64,000 nt of DNA from Camelus dromedarius (lineage: Eukaryota), in the NCBI RefSeq assembly GCF_036321535.1, contig NC_087436.1:59894001-59958000 (forward strand), written 5' to 3'. Positions 39,150 through 51,594 of the stretch are shown piece after piece. The position numbers and the translations under genes were made by a program. Under the pieces are notes generated by a model. The model was given only the letters and a program-made list of their open reading frames with translations, searched no databases and was not told where the DNA came from. The stretch's first letter is position 1; each line of letters begins with the position of its first letter.

Positions 39150-39690
39150 AGAAATGGAATAATCTTTGAATCTTCTCAAATTCCTCCATTAAATACAGGA
39201 TAGCAAAAGCAAAAAATCCTGGATATCTACTACAAATTCCACGGACAAACTATGAACTCTGATATGCCAATTAGTAAAATCAATGATGGCTACAAAATCT
39301 GCACGGTATCAATAATTGTGAAGAGGAAGCAGAGGTAAGGTTTTCAGTCTCCTCACTGCCCTGAAAGCTCAGTTCATAAATAGAGAACTCTGGATAGCAC
39401 AGTCAGCCAACTAGAAAATTAGGAACTTAATCACAGAGAAAATATCACAGGCTTAAATTTGTGGGTGAATACAAGGAGACCATGGTAAAGTCAATAAGGT
39501 AGTGGAGTAGTCTGGATTGCATGAAATCTCAAAATTAAAGCTCCATTCCAGGACAAAGTCCCACACTGAAAAGGAACTCCTGGGAGTATTAATCTAAATT
39601 AACCTGAGCAGAAACAACAGGAACAAAGATAAAGATAAGACACTTGGAGGGAGTCAGGAAGAAGCAGATGATCAAAAGCTACTATTTGGC
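39150..39690 (+). mobile_element. HAL1/old L1 5' region remnant
   Basis: ctactacaaattccacggac...ggacaaagtcccacactga; resembles old L1-family 5' sequence. Confidence 0.35.
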
Positions 39691-40076
39691 CCTTTACAGA
39701 AAAGTTTTTGCCTTCTCTGGATTAGAAGGCAACCATGAGAAGTTCTAACTTTTAAAGACTTAGTAGAAGAGACTATCAGGATAGAAACTGAGTACAAAAG
39801 TAGACTGAGGTACAGTGGTCAGAGGGAGAGCAGAAGAAAGAGGAAAAATATGGAATCAAGGAAATTAAAAAAAAAAGTGTTTAGGATGGCAAGTGGGAGT
39901 AATTGTTTCAAAACAGGCCAAATCTGTGTTAAAGAAAGGCTGGAGTGTGCTTGCTAGGTGTAGAGGTTTGAGAATCAAATAGCTGGGAAATAAATGGTAT
40001 GTGAAAATGAAAAGTATGAACTCTCAGAGTTCTGCTTTGAAAGATTTTAGAGAGCTCAAACAACTACTGAAGGGGT

Positions 40077-40152
40077 GAAGTCTTCTTATTTATCTTATCT
40101 TATTACATGTAATAATTATTATGTAATTAGATAAGATAAATAAGCAGACTTC
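40077..40152. repeat. 76 bp near-perfect AT-rich palindrome
   Basis: gaagtcttcttatttatcttatcttattacat (40077-40108) is the reverse complement of atgtaattagataagataaataagcagacttc (40121-40152) at 30/32 positions; the centre aataattatt is itself palindromic. Confidence 0.9.
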
Positions 40153-40759
40153 TGAGTTATAAACATATAAGTACTTTCATCTGCACAATTATTCTTAATT
40201 ATAAGGTTTGCCAAAAAAAACCCCTCATAGCAATAAGCCTTATTTATTCTTCTAAGAAAAATACATATGTATTTATTTTTTGTTAAAGTATAGTCAGTTT
40301 ACAATGTTGTATAAATTCCTGATGAACAGCATAATGTTTCAGTCATATATATACATACATATATTCCTTTTCATATTCTTTTTCATTGTAGGTTACTATA
40401 GGATATTGAATATAGTTGCCTGTGCTACACAGTATAAACTTGTTACTTACCCATTTTTATATACAGTGGTTAGTATCTGCAAATCTCAAACTCCAATTTT
40501 GTCCATTTCCACTCCCTTCCCTCTCTGGTAACCATGGGCTTGTTTTCCATGTTTATGAGTCTATTTCTGTTTTGTAAATAAGTTCATTTGTGTCTTTTTT
40601 TTTTTAAGATTCCACATATGAGTGATATAATATGGTATTTTTCTTTCTCCTTCTGGATTACTTTACTTAGAATGATAATCTCCAGGTCCATCCATGTTGC
40701 TGCAAATGACATTACTTTATCCTTTTTTATGGCTGAGTAGTATTCCATTGTATTAAATA

Positions 40760-43700
40760 TACCACAACTTCCTTATCCAGTCTTCTGTTGATGGACATTT
40801 CGGTTGCTTCCACGTCTTGGTTATTGCATATAGTGCTGCTATGAACATTGGGATGCATGTATCTTTTTGAATTAGAGTTCCTTCTGGATATGCCCAGAAG
40901 TTGGACTGCTAGATCATAGAGTGAATCTATTTTTAGTTTTTTGAGGACTCTCCATACTGTTTTCCATAATGGCTGCACCAAACTACATTCCTACCAACAC
41001 TGTAGGAGGGTTCCCTTTTTTCCACATCCTCTCCAGCATTTATCGCTTGTAAACTTTTTAATAATGGCCATTTTGATTTGTGTGAGGTGATACCTCATTG
41101 AAATTTTGATTTGCATTTCTCTGATAATTATCAATATTGAGCATTTTTCATGTGCCTTTTGGCCATTTGTGTGTCTTCATTGGAGAATTGCTTGTTTAAG
41201 TCTTCTGCCCATTTTTGGATTGGATTGTTTGTTTTCTTCTTATTAAGTTGTATGAGCTGTTTATATATTCTGGAAATTAAGCCTTTGTCAGTCGCATCAT
41301 TAGCAAATATCTTTTCCCATTCTATATAGGCTGTCATTTTGTTTTGCTTATGGTTTCCTTTGCTGTGCAAAAGCTTATAAGTTTAATTAGGTTCCATTTG
41401 TTTATTTTTGCTTTTATTTCCATTGCCCTAGGAGAACATGGCTAAGGTTTATGTCAGAAAATGTTTTGCCTAAGTTTTCTTCTAGGAGGTTTATACTGTT
41501 TTGTGTTATATTTAAGTCTTCAAGCCATTTTGAGTTTATTTTTGTGTATGGTGTGAGAGAATGTTCTAACTTCACTGATTTACATGTGGCTGTCCACTTT
41601 TCCCAACACCATTTGCTGAAGAAACTGTGTTTTTTCCATTGTACATTCTTGCCTCCTTTGTCAAAGCTTAATTGACTGTAAGTCTGTAGGTTTATTTCTG
41701 GTCTCTCAGTTCTGATCCATTTATTCACATGTCTGTTTTTATGCCAATACCATGCTGTTTTGATTACTGTAGCTATGTAGTACTGCCTGAAGTCTGGGAG
41801 GGTTATTCCTCCAACTTTGTTCTTTTTCTTCAGTATTGCTTTGGCAATTGTGGGTCTTTCATAATTCCATATAAATTTTAGGATTATTTGTTCTAGTTCT
41901 GTGAAAAATGTTCTGGGCAGTTTGATAGGGATCACATTAAATCTGTAGACTGCTTTGGGCAGTATGGCCATTTTAACTGTATTAATTCTTCCAATCCAAG
42001 AGCATGGGATATCTTTCCATTTCTTTAAGTCATCTTTGATTTCCTTAATCAATGTTTTGTAGTGACAAATTTTATGTCTTCTCTTCAAATTTGGATTCCT
42101 TTTATTTCTTCTTCTTGTCTGTTTGCTATGGTGAGGACTCCCAATACTATGTTGAATAGAAGTGGTGTGAGAGGGCACCCTTGTCTTGCTCCAGATTTTA
42201 GTAAGAAAGTTTTTGGCTTTTCACTGTTGAGTATTATGTTGGCTATGGATTTGTCATAAATAGCTTTTATTTTGTTGAAATGTGTTCCCTCTATACCTAC
42301 TTTGGTAAGGTGTTTTTTTTTTTAATTTTGTTATGTTTTATTTTTTAATTTTTTTTGAGGGGGGAGATGATTAGGTTCATTAATTAATTTTTTTGTTTTT
42401 AGAGGAGATACTGGAGATTGAACCCAGGACCTTGTGCATGCTATGCATGAGCTCTACCACTTGTGCAGTAAGGCTTTTTAAAATCGTAAATGGGTGTTGA
42501 ATTTTATCAAATGCTTCTTCTGCATCTATTGAGATGATGATGTGATTTTTGTCCTTTCCTTTGTTGATGTGGTATATCACATTGATTGATTTGCATATGT
42601 TGAAACATCCTTGTGTCCCTGGAATGAATCCAACTTGATCATATTGGATGATCTTTTTTATTTGTTGTTGGATTCTGTTTGCTAATATTTTGTTGAGAAT
42701 TTTTGCATCTATCTTCATCAATGATACTTGCCTGTAATTTTCTTTTTCGGTGGTGTCTTTTTCTGGTTTTTGTATCAGGGTGATGGTGGCTTCATAGAAT
42801 GAGTTTGAGAGTATTCTCTCCTCTTTGGTCTTTTGGAAGAGCTTGAAAAGGACTGATATAAGTTCTTCTTTGTATGTTTGGTAGAATTCCCTAGTGAAAC
42901 CATTTAGTCCTGGACTTTTGCTTACAGGGAAGACTTTTATTACTGATTATAGTTCACTTCAAGTGATCAGTCTTTTCAAGTGATCTATTTCTTCTTGATT
43001 CAGTTTTGGTGGACTGTATGTTTCTAGAAACTTGTCCATTTCTTCTGTCCAATTTGTTGCCATATAGTTGTTCATAGTATTATTTTATGATTTTTTTGTA
43101 TTTCTGTGATGTTGGTTGTAATTTCTCCATTTTCCTTTCTTATTTTGTTTGTGTCCTCTCTCTTTTCTTCTTGGTGAGCCTGGGCAGAGGTTTGTCAATT
43201 TTGTTTACTCTTTGAAAAAAACAGCTCTTTGTTTGGTTAATCTTTTCCATTTTTTTTAATCTCTATTTATTTATTTCCTCCTTGATCTTTACTATTTCTT
43301 ACCTTCTGCTGACTTTGGGTTTTGTTTGTTGTTCTTTTCCTGATTATTTTAGACTGAGTTAGGTTGTTTATCTGAGATTATTCTTGTTTTTTGAGGAAGG
43401 TCTGTATCAGTATGAACTTCCTTCTTAAGACTACTTTTGTTGCATCCCATAGATTTTGTGTGGTTGTGCTTCCATTGTCATTTGTCTCCAGGTATTATTT
43501 AATGTTTGTGATTTCATTGTTGAGCCATTGTTTTCTTTTAGTAGCATGGTTAGTCTCCATGCAGTCGTGTTTATTTCTCCCTCTTTTTTTTTCCTGTGGT
43601 TGATTTCTAGTTTCATGCCATCGTGGTCAGAAAAGATGCTTGGAATAATTTTGATCCTCTTAAATTTATTGCGGCTTCTTTTGCATCTGAGTATGTAATC

Positions 43701-44305
43701 TTTCCTAGAGGATGACCCATATGCACTTGAAAAGAGTATATACTCTGGTTTTTTGGTGGGTTATAATGTCCTGAAAATATCAACCAAGTCCAAGTGTTCT
43801 ATTGTGTCATTTAGTATCTCCATTACCTTATTGATTTTCTGTCTGGAAGATCATCCAGTGATGTCAATGGGGAGTTAAAAGTCTCTGACTATTACTGTAC
43901 TCCTACCAATTTCTCCCTTTATGTCTGTTAGTATTTGTTTTATATATTTAAGTGCTCCTATATTGGGTGCATATATGTTAACACGTGTAATATCCTCTTC
44001 TTGTATCGCTCCTTTGATCATTATATAGTGTCCTTCTTTATCTTTCTTTATGCCCTTTGTTTTAAAGTCTATTTTGTCTGATATGAGTATTATTACTCCT
44101 GCTTTCTGTCTCTTCTACTTGCATGAAATATCTTTTTCCATCCCCTCGCTTGCAATCTGTGTGTCCTTCACCATAAAGTGGGTCTCTTACAGGCAGCATA
44201 TTGTAGGTTCTTGTTTTATTATCCAATCTGCCACTATCTTTTTACTGGAGCATTTAGTCCTTTAACTTTTGTAGTAATTATTGATAGATACAAGTTTATT
44301 GCTAT
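40760..44305 (-). pseudogene. L1 ORF2 (endonuclease/reverse transcriptase), frameshifted, with stops, an internal deletion and a SINE insertion
   Basis: collinear ORF2 fragments in ORFs 44234-44476, 43431-43616, 42380-42721, 41414-42178, 41131-41370 and 40727-40981. Confidence 0.9.
42313..42466 (-). mobile_element. Vic-1-like SINE nested in L1 ORF2
   Basis: ggagatactggagattgaacccaggaccttgtgcatgctatgcatgagctctaccac; long T-rich tail; gtaagg+T-rich sequence duplicated on both sides (42305 and 42468). Confidence 0.85.
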
Positions 44306-46654
44306 TTTAAACTTTGTTTTCCAGTAGATTTTGTATTCCTTCTTTGTTCCTTTCTTTCTCTTTTTATTTTTCCTTTTGTGGTTTGATAGTTTTCTTTTTT
44401 CTGGCTTGATTGTTTTGATTTTTGGTTTTTGTGATTCTATTGTATGCTTTTGATTTATGGTTACTCTGTTTCTCACGTATGTTAACCCATTACTATATCT
44501 ATTTGCTTTAGACTGCTAGTCACATAGGCTTAAACACATCCTAAAATGGAAAAAAAAAATCTACATTTCTTGCTCCCTTCTCTCACATTTTATAATTTTG
44601 ATGCCCTCTTTTACATCTTCATGTTTATTCTCTTGCTCTTTATATCTTTATAAAGCAAAGCAATTTAACAAACTAACAATGAATGTGCTTATGCAAGGAG
44701 AAAAGAGTATTTAGAAAATGTCATTTCCTTCATAGATCTATGTTTTTCATTTTCTACTATGGGTCCTTTGGAAAAAATAAAAACAAATCAAAAGAAAACA
44801 AAAGAAAGACTAATTTTTTTCTGAAAAGATTTCAACTCACATAAAACCAATTCATAGATGTTACATGGCTAATAAACAAACAGGGACTAAACTGGGACTG
44901 AGTTTCAGCCAATTATTACTAAGGTTAATTATACAATATATTTTGAGGACAATCACTGTATGATTTAAGTAAAGTATTTGCTTTTGACAATACTTCAGTT
45001 TTTTTTCTTGATAGGAGTATTAATTTGGGAACAGTTTCATTGACACTAATAGTCAATGAAAACTAATAAGCTGGTTAATCTTTTTAGCAGAATTATATAA
45101 AGGACTATAATTAAATGGCCTGATTAAATTATGTTCTGTATTTCCTCATTGTGTGTGCATATGTGTAGATAGACAGTTATGGACACACAGTTATATTTAT
45201 AAGTTATACTTATATAATTATGTGTACGAGGTTCTAGCTGTAGCTTTAGATATTTATACATACTAAGAGAATATATACTCTAAATTTGGCTCTGAGGGCT
45301 CTTGAATGGCTTGAGAGAAAAATACCTTTTCACTTTTCTTGACGGAGTAAAGTTCCCTGAAAGAAAAGTGGGTCATCATATGATAGTTTGTAGTATTTTG
45401 CCTACATATAAAGAACTGTCTGTTTTATTTTTACTGAGTTTTTGAAAGTTAAATAGCATAAAATAGACCTAGCATGGAATATTATTGTACCAGAATGATT
45501 AATAGAAGAGCTAAAAAGTAATTAAGATGTATGTTATTATTTTCAGAAAACTGGACATATTTCAACAGCATCCTTATTTTGTTAAATGTTGATAAATGGC
45601 TAATAATAAAAATGAGTAGTATATTCATTTTCTTGTCTGTAAAAAAAAAGCTGCTTTCTGTATACTATTCTTAATTAAATCATTAAATTGTTAGTGAAAT
45701 AACAAGGGAGGATCAGTCACTTTTAGGGAACATCAAAAGTGAGTAACTAATACATTTAAACATAGTGAATATAAAGTCAAGTTGTCCTCAAAATATGTAA
45801 AATGTAAATAATGTACTACAATCTAAAAACTGGCAGTTATTAGACTAAAATATTTAAAAGAAAGAGGATTGTATGTTTTATTCTGTTTTCTCATCATGAC
45901 TGAGAGGGACTTACAAAAGATGCTCACTAAATATTAATTTAATCAACAAGAAGAATTAATCTCAAGTTTTAGAATCAAACAGCCGACATCTGTCTATTAA
46001 GTTTAGCAGTGCAGTATACAAATCATTATGTTGAGAACAAAAACAGCATGAAAAAGACTAAAATTTCTTTCTCAACCATTAGCCAATATGAGATTAGGCA
46101 TAATACACATACCAGTTTCTATTATTGATTGTAAGTAAAACCCCACCTAAATATTGAAAAAATATAAGAAATGTAGGACTGGTATTTTAAAATTATAAAA
46201 ATATATCTAAAAGGAAAGATAGTTCAACTGTATTTAAAAATTTGGATTATAGGCAGTATAAAACAGAAAGTATTTAGGTAATAAACTCTGAGAATAACTA
46301 GATGTAATCATTTCAATTTGAAAAAAGGAAAATTTAATTATACTCTCAAAAAACAGCTTCACACCAAACATTTATCTTAGTTCCTGAAGTACTTTCTCAA
46401 AGGATAATGTCAAAGTCTCATTTCACCAGTTATTTTATAAAGCAATGGAAAATACAACATCAAAACAATTGTGTATTACCAAAAATAGAGAAGGTGACCT
46501 AATATATCTTTAAAATTTCCATACACTCCACTTAGAATGAATGAGTTCTACTGAACAACATCTAGGTACATGGATGAAATTTCAAACAAATTTACTTTCC
46601 CATGTGACCAGGAAAAAAAAAATCATTGAGCAACATAACATACTGATGTGCGTG

Positions 46655-46740
46655 ACAGACAAATTCACTTTTACAATGGACAGCATAGAGCAGAACTACA
46701 GACAAATTCACTCTTACAATGGACAGCATAGAGCAGAACT
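46655..46740. repeat. 43 bp x2 tandem duplication
   Basis: acagacaaattcact(t/c)ttacaatggacagcatagagcagaact twice, 1 mismatch. Confidence 0.95.
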
Positions 46741-48455
46741 AAACAGCACTTCTTCAAATGAAGTTATTGAACTTTAATGAAGTGGTATTATGAATTCTCT
46801 TAAGTTTGGTTGGAGTAAATTAATCCTAACCCAGAAATATCCATGAGTAACTGGAAAAAAATCAAATTTCCAAAACTGCTCTGCAACAAAGTTCTAAATC
46901 AAACTCCACCAAGGCATGGCAACCAAAAATCAAGAATTCTCTTTATTAGTTAGGTAGCTAGATCGTATTTGTTTGTGTTTTATTTTGATTTTTGGTAGCG
47001 TAGACTTGCGTGTGTGTGTAAGACATAAAGTAGCAAAGAGAAACTAGTTGATGTCAATTACTAAACATTAAAAAAAATCAAATGACAATTTAGTCAATAC
47101 CAGAAATCATGGACTTCTTTTTAAACAAGTGAGAGCAGAAGAAAAAAAACATGCAAAACATGCCACATAGCTATTTCCTCATCTGCATTTCTATAGTCAC
47201 CGTACATCCAAATGTATATTTTCATATCTCAACAGCCAGCTTAAAAGGGGACTCAACAGTCTGCGGAAGTCTATTCTACCACCTAGAATAAATGTATAAA
47301 TCAAATACTGAGCAACTGCCACTTTCAAGTTAAATTTTGTTATAAATAACTGTTTGTATGTTATCATCATTTTCCTTCTCTGTCAAATACTGACAAAGAT
47401 TCACTCTTTAAATCATTATAATTTCCCTTATGCTGTCAGCAAAGAGATTTAATATGGTGATAAAGAAACATGCAGAATAGTATGTGTTTCTTCCAAGACC
47501 TGTATATTTTGTGTAAAGCTTTAAAAACTATTATATATATATATATGTATTATTTCTACTTATATAATATCATCAATTTACTGAAATACAATAGCCAAAC
47601 AAAATTTAAAATTCAGTATTTTATGCAAATAATGTAGAATTCAGGATCTATCACATACAAAGAATACATAAATAGAAGCCAATTTTATTAAATGTCTTTT
47701 TTGTCAAAAATATGCAAGTAAGAGCCAATTTTATTAAAAGTCATTTATGTTAGTGATTTAAATTATATACTTTTATGGAAATTGTTTGTATTCATCAGTC
47801 TAGCTTTGATTTAATTCTAGCTAATATAATTCTCTATTATACCAAAATTCTAATGAGTCCTGATTCCTGTGGGGGAGGGAGGGAATGGTGCTAGTAAAAG
47901 ATTGTCCTAACTTATGATAAAATTGGTAAATACTACTGTAATTATTAATATCACTAATATTTAATAAGAATTGTCATATACAAAATAAACTGGTGTGGTA
48001 TTTTTCTCTTAGTTGTCCAATTTAATTCTAACAGAGCCTTATTATGTTATCTACATGTTATAGGTGAAATACCAGAGATTTATGGCAGTTAAAAATTGCT
48101 TTAGGTCTTTGAACTGTGAAGTAAGAGAGCTATGATTCAAACCCAGTTGACTTCAAACCATGTGCATTTTTTTTTTTAATAATGCACCAAGTTGAGTTAA
48201 GGTAGCTATTTTACTAGGCAAACCAAATTAAGTACAATAAGATCAGAGTATAAGTTAGAAATGAAGAGAGAATGGATATTATATTCCGTGTACATTCTCA
48301 ATGTATAAAGGAAGATTATGTTTTTATTAAAAGTAGCTATCAGATAACTTCAAAGAAGTGAGAAAACTACAGCTGGTTTCTGAAAAACTGTCAAAAGACT
48401 GTTTAAAAAAACACAAATAGGCCTCTTAACTAAAACACTGAAAGATTTTAAATTA

Positions 48456-48657
48456 CAGCTGATCCTTGAACAACACAGGTTTGTATTGCACTGGTCCACT
48501 TAGATGTGAATTTTTTTCAATAAATGCTGTAGTACTGCATGACCAGCTGTTGGAGGAATCTGCAGATGTGGAACTGTGAGTAGGGAGGGCCCACTGCAAA
48601 GGTACTGACTATGAGGGGGCTGGCACCCCAATCCCCACATTGTTCAAGGGTTAACTA
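48456..48657. mobile_element. Tigger2/MER8-type TcMar MITE
   Basis: TA|cagctgatccttgaacaacacagg...acattgttcaagggttaacta; terminal inverted repeats. Confidence 0.8.
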
Positions 48658-48722
48658 CACACACACACACACACACACATATGTACATATTATATATATA
48701 AATATATATAATATGTATATAA
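48657..48722. repeat. (CA)n then (AT)n
   Basis: visible runs abutting the MITE end. Confidence 0.85.
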
Positions 48723-50970
48723 TTGTATCTTGCTGTGTAATAATACAGGTGAACATGAAAAGTAAATATTGTTCAATAATGATTTAATCATTGAAGTTAA
48801 AAAAATCACAAACAGTAGGCATGCAAAATTTGAAATAAAGATATAAAATGTAGGTTATTACAAGAAAAAAGTACAATAATATTCACTTTAGTGAAGGACA
48901 GAAACAGTAAAATCATATTTTGGAAGCATTTTTTTTTTCCTTTTGGTTTTAGTTATGATGAAACTAAGGCAATACTAATAATGGTACTGTTTTCTTCTAA
49001 GAGCTCTGAGGCCTTTAAAAAATTTAAATTTATACAGATCAATTTTTAAAAAAGACAATTTGTATATGAAAGTATTCCTCAAGGCATTTATCTATCTTCT
49101 ATGTTCAATAAAACCATTTCATAAATTGATCACTATTTCATTAGGAAAGATACTAGAAAGTCAATATTTTGAATAATCAGAAAATAGAAAATAATATATA
49201 ATTTGTTGATTTTAAACTTTTTAAAAAATTTAACTATGAAACAAATTTTCTTGGCCTGTGATGTGATTTGCTTAATTTTTAATAAAAATGAATTTTTCCT
49301 ATCTTCTATAAGCTTTATATAAGAGGAGCTCACATACATTTGTTAAACAAAATTAGACATTTATTTTACTTTTGGTTTCTGGAATAAAATAAAACATACA
49401 TACACAATTATTTTGGTTTTTCCTCTTTCCAAAGAAAATTTAAATTAATAGACCTAGTGTGTTTAATGGTAAGCTTTACTTCCTGAAGGAGATTAATTTT
49501 GATATTGATAATTAATGTTAAACATTTTGATATTCTTATATGGGTATATAATATTTGAGGATTAAAATTACATATAGCATTCAAGGGTAAAAAATAAGTT
49601 AAATATTGAAACCAGTACTTTAATATGAATCACCTAGAAATTCAAAGAAGAATATTCTTATTGTAGAATCTTTCATTCATTTGCACAATTTTGTATAGTG
49701 AGATTAAATTTTATATATTTCTTGCTTTCAACTCTCTTCTGTCACTACAACTAGATACTCTAATACTGGTAATTATAATTTGGTTAATTAAAATAAAAGA
49801 AAAAGAGAGACAAAATTAGAGAATGAAAGGTGTTATTGGAATAAGAGCATGTGAGGATAAAAAAGCTGAATTTCATTTGTTTGATTTTTGTAGCAGTGAA
49901 AATTTAATCTTCACACTGGAAAATGCAAGAATTAGACACAGAGTACTTGTGTTTGGGAAGCTACATCCCACAGTGTTTCCCTTTGGCGAAGCGCTGAACA
50001 CTAACATGGCAGCCTGCTGTGGTGATGTTTAAGCCGTATCTCCCTGGAAAATGGGCCTGAAATTCTCCTTATCAGTATAACGATATTTTGTTTCCCTCTA
50101 TGGAGCTTAATTCTAATCAAGTTCTTAAAGTATCTTTATTTTATTAAAAAAAAATGTTCCATCTTTAAGAAATTCAGGCAAAAGGACACAAGCTGGTTTA
50201 CTCATTCCCAGAATTTCTTCCTTGTTTTGGCCCAGCCTAAAATGCTCTTCCCCTATGTTCATAAATAAATGCTTCTTTTTTCCACCTGGTCCTACTGAGC
50301 TCTTGTGTCAGAACATTACATATACTATTTCAAATTGTTAGGTGTATCTTAAAAATTAGTCCCATCTCTCCACCTAGGTTTTTAACTTCTGAAACACAGG
50401 TCATGCTATTCAGATATTAGCATCTTTGACTTTCTTCATTATATGTCTATAATGATCGTTGTTGGCATTTTATTGTGATTTTTTCAGATATTTCTTCCTT
50501 CCTGATTTCTCTACAAACTTTTAGAAAATATTTAGACTTTCCAGCTCTACTATAATTTAGGATTTGGAGAACCATGAAAATTATTTTTCCAGATGGTGAA
50601 ACTGTCTGAACCAAGTTAAACTGCTGGTAACAGTAAAGCCAAGTCTGGAACTTCATTTGAAATCCCAGAATGTGGATAGTCTTTCTCTTTTACCTCTATA
50701 TATTACCAAGAATGATAAAAGCAATAAATACATTCTCAAATTCTACACAATGTCTCTGTTAAATTAACACATTGTATAAATAATCACTACACATAAGTAG
50801 CTATATTTATTATATGCCAGAGAAGAGGAGGAAATGCTACCTTTATTGCCAACAAATAAATTTTAATTATAAAAAGATGACCAAAAATAGAATAAAAGCT
50901 GGTTACCAGAAAGAAAGCAAGAGCCAAGTTAATTCAATTATGTATTGAGTCACAAAAAAATAAGACACAA

Positions 50971-51104
50971 TTTTTTTTTTTTTTTGCAGAGGGAGGTAAT
51001 TAGGTTTATTTATTATTATTATTATTTTAATGGAAGCACTGGGGATTGAATGCAGGACCCTATGCATGCTAAGCATGTGCTCCATCACTGGGCGATACTC
51101 TCCC
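50971..51104 (-). mobile_element. Vic-1-like camelid SINE
   Basis: poly-T, gggaggtaattaggtttatt, ggaagcactggggattgaatgcaggaccctatgcatgctaagcatg; TSD gacacaatttt on both sides (~50964 and ~51110). Confidence 0.85.
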
Positions 51105-51129
51105 ACAATGACACAATTTTAAATTGGTA

Positions 51130-51360
51130 CTGAACGGTCTGTAATATTGGCACCTTTGTTACCAGACCACGTGAGTCTGATTCCCACCTCTGTCTGTTAC
51201 TAGTATATAAAATTGAACCATTTACTCAATTTCTCATTTTCTTAAGTAGTAAAATGAGCATATTATTATTTCATGGTATTATTGTAAGCATGGTATTATT
51301 GGGTAAGCACTAAAAATATTTAATAAAGTACCTAGCTTATAATAATAGTAAATAATATTA
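51130..51360 (+). mobile_element. MIR
   Basis: ccagaccacgtgagtctgattcccacctctgtctgttactag...taaaatgagc. Confidence 0.6.
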
Positions 51361-51594
51361 GATCCTGTCACTCTCAACCCCAAACCAATATAGTGTTAAC
51401 CTCGAGATCCTTATAATGTTCCTAATCTAATGACAGGTTGGCTTTAGAGCTTGGAGCAGGAATAAAGCTAAGGGTGAGGGCTTAATAATTACAGGATTTA
51501 TAATCGGAATATGTTAAAACAGGCAGCTAATAATATCAGAGAGAGTGTAAACCACTCCAACTAAAGAAACTTAATTTAAGGCAGTGATAGAACA

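Larger units (their letters stand above)
40268..44640 (-). mobile_element. LINE-1, 5'-truncated (inter-ORF spacer, disrupted ORF2, 3' UTR)
   Basis: ORF-track peptides LYLSIITTKVKGLNAPVKR (EN start), [17 protein letters not shown]...YDQVGFIPG (RT), [46 protein letters not shown] and [11 protein letters not shown]-rich tail at ~40270. Confidence 0.95.

Noticed and set aside
2737..39999. Numerous 60-110 aa ORFs in the ORF track as host genes
   Set aside because: They are short and compositionally biased (F/L/I/K), many start at non-ATG codons or lie inside repeats, and none shows recognisable homology.
41414..42178. 254 aa ORF as a functional or novel protein
   Set aside because: It is an L1 ORF2 C-terminal fragment fused to an out-of-frame N-terminus by the internal deletion; the catalytic RT motif is absent.
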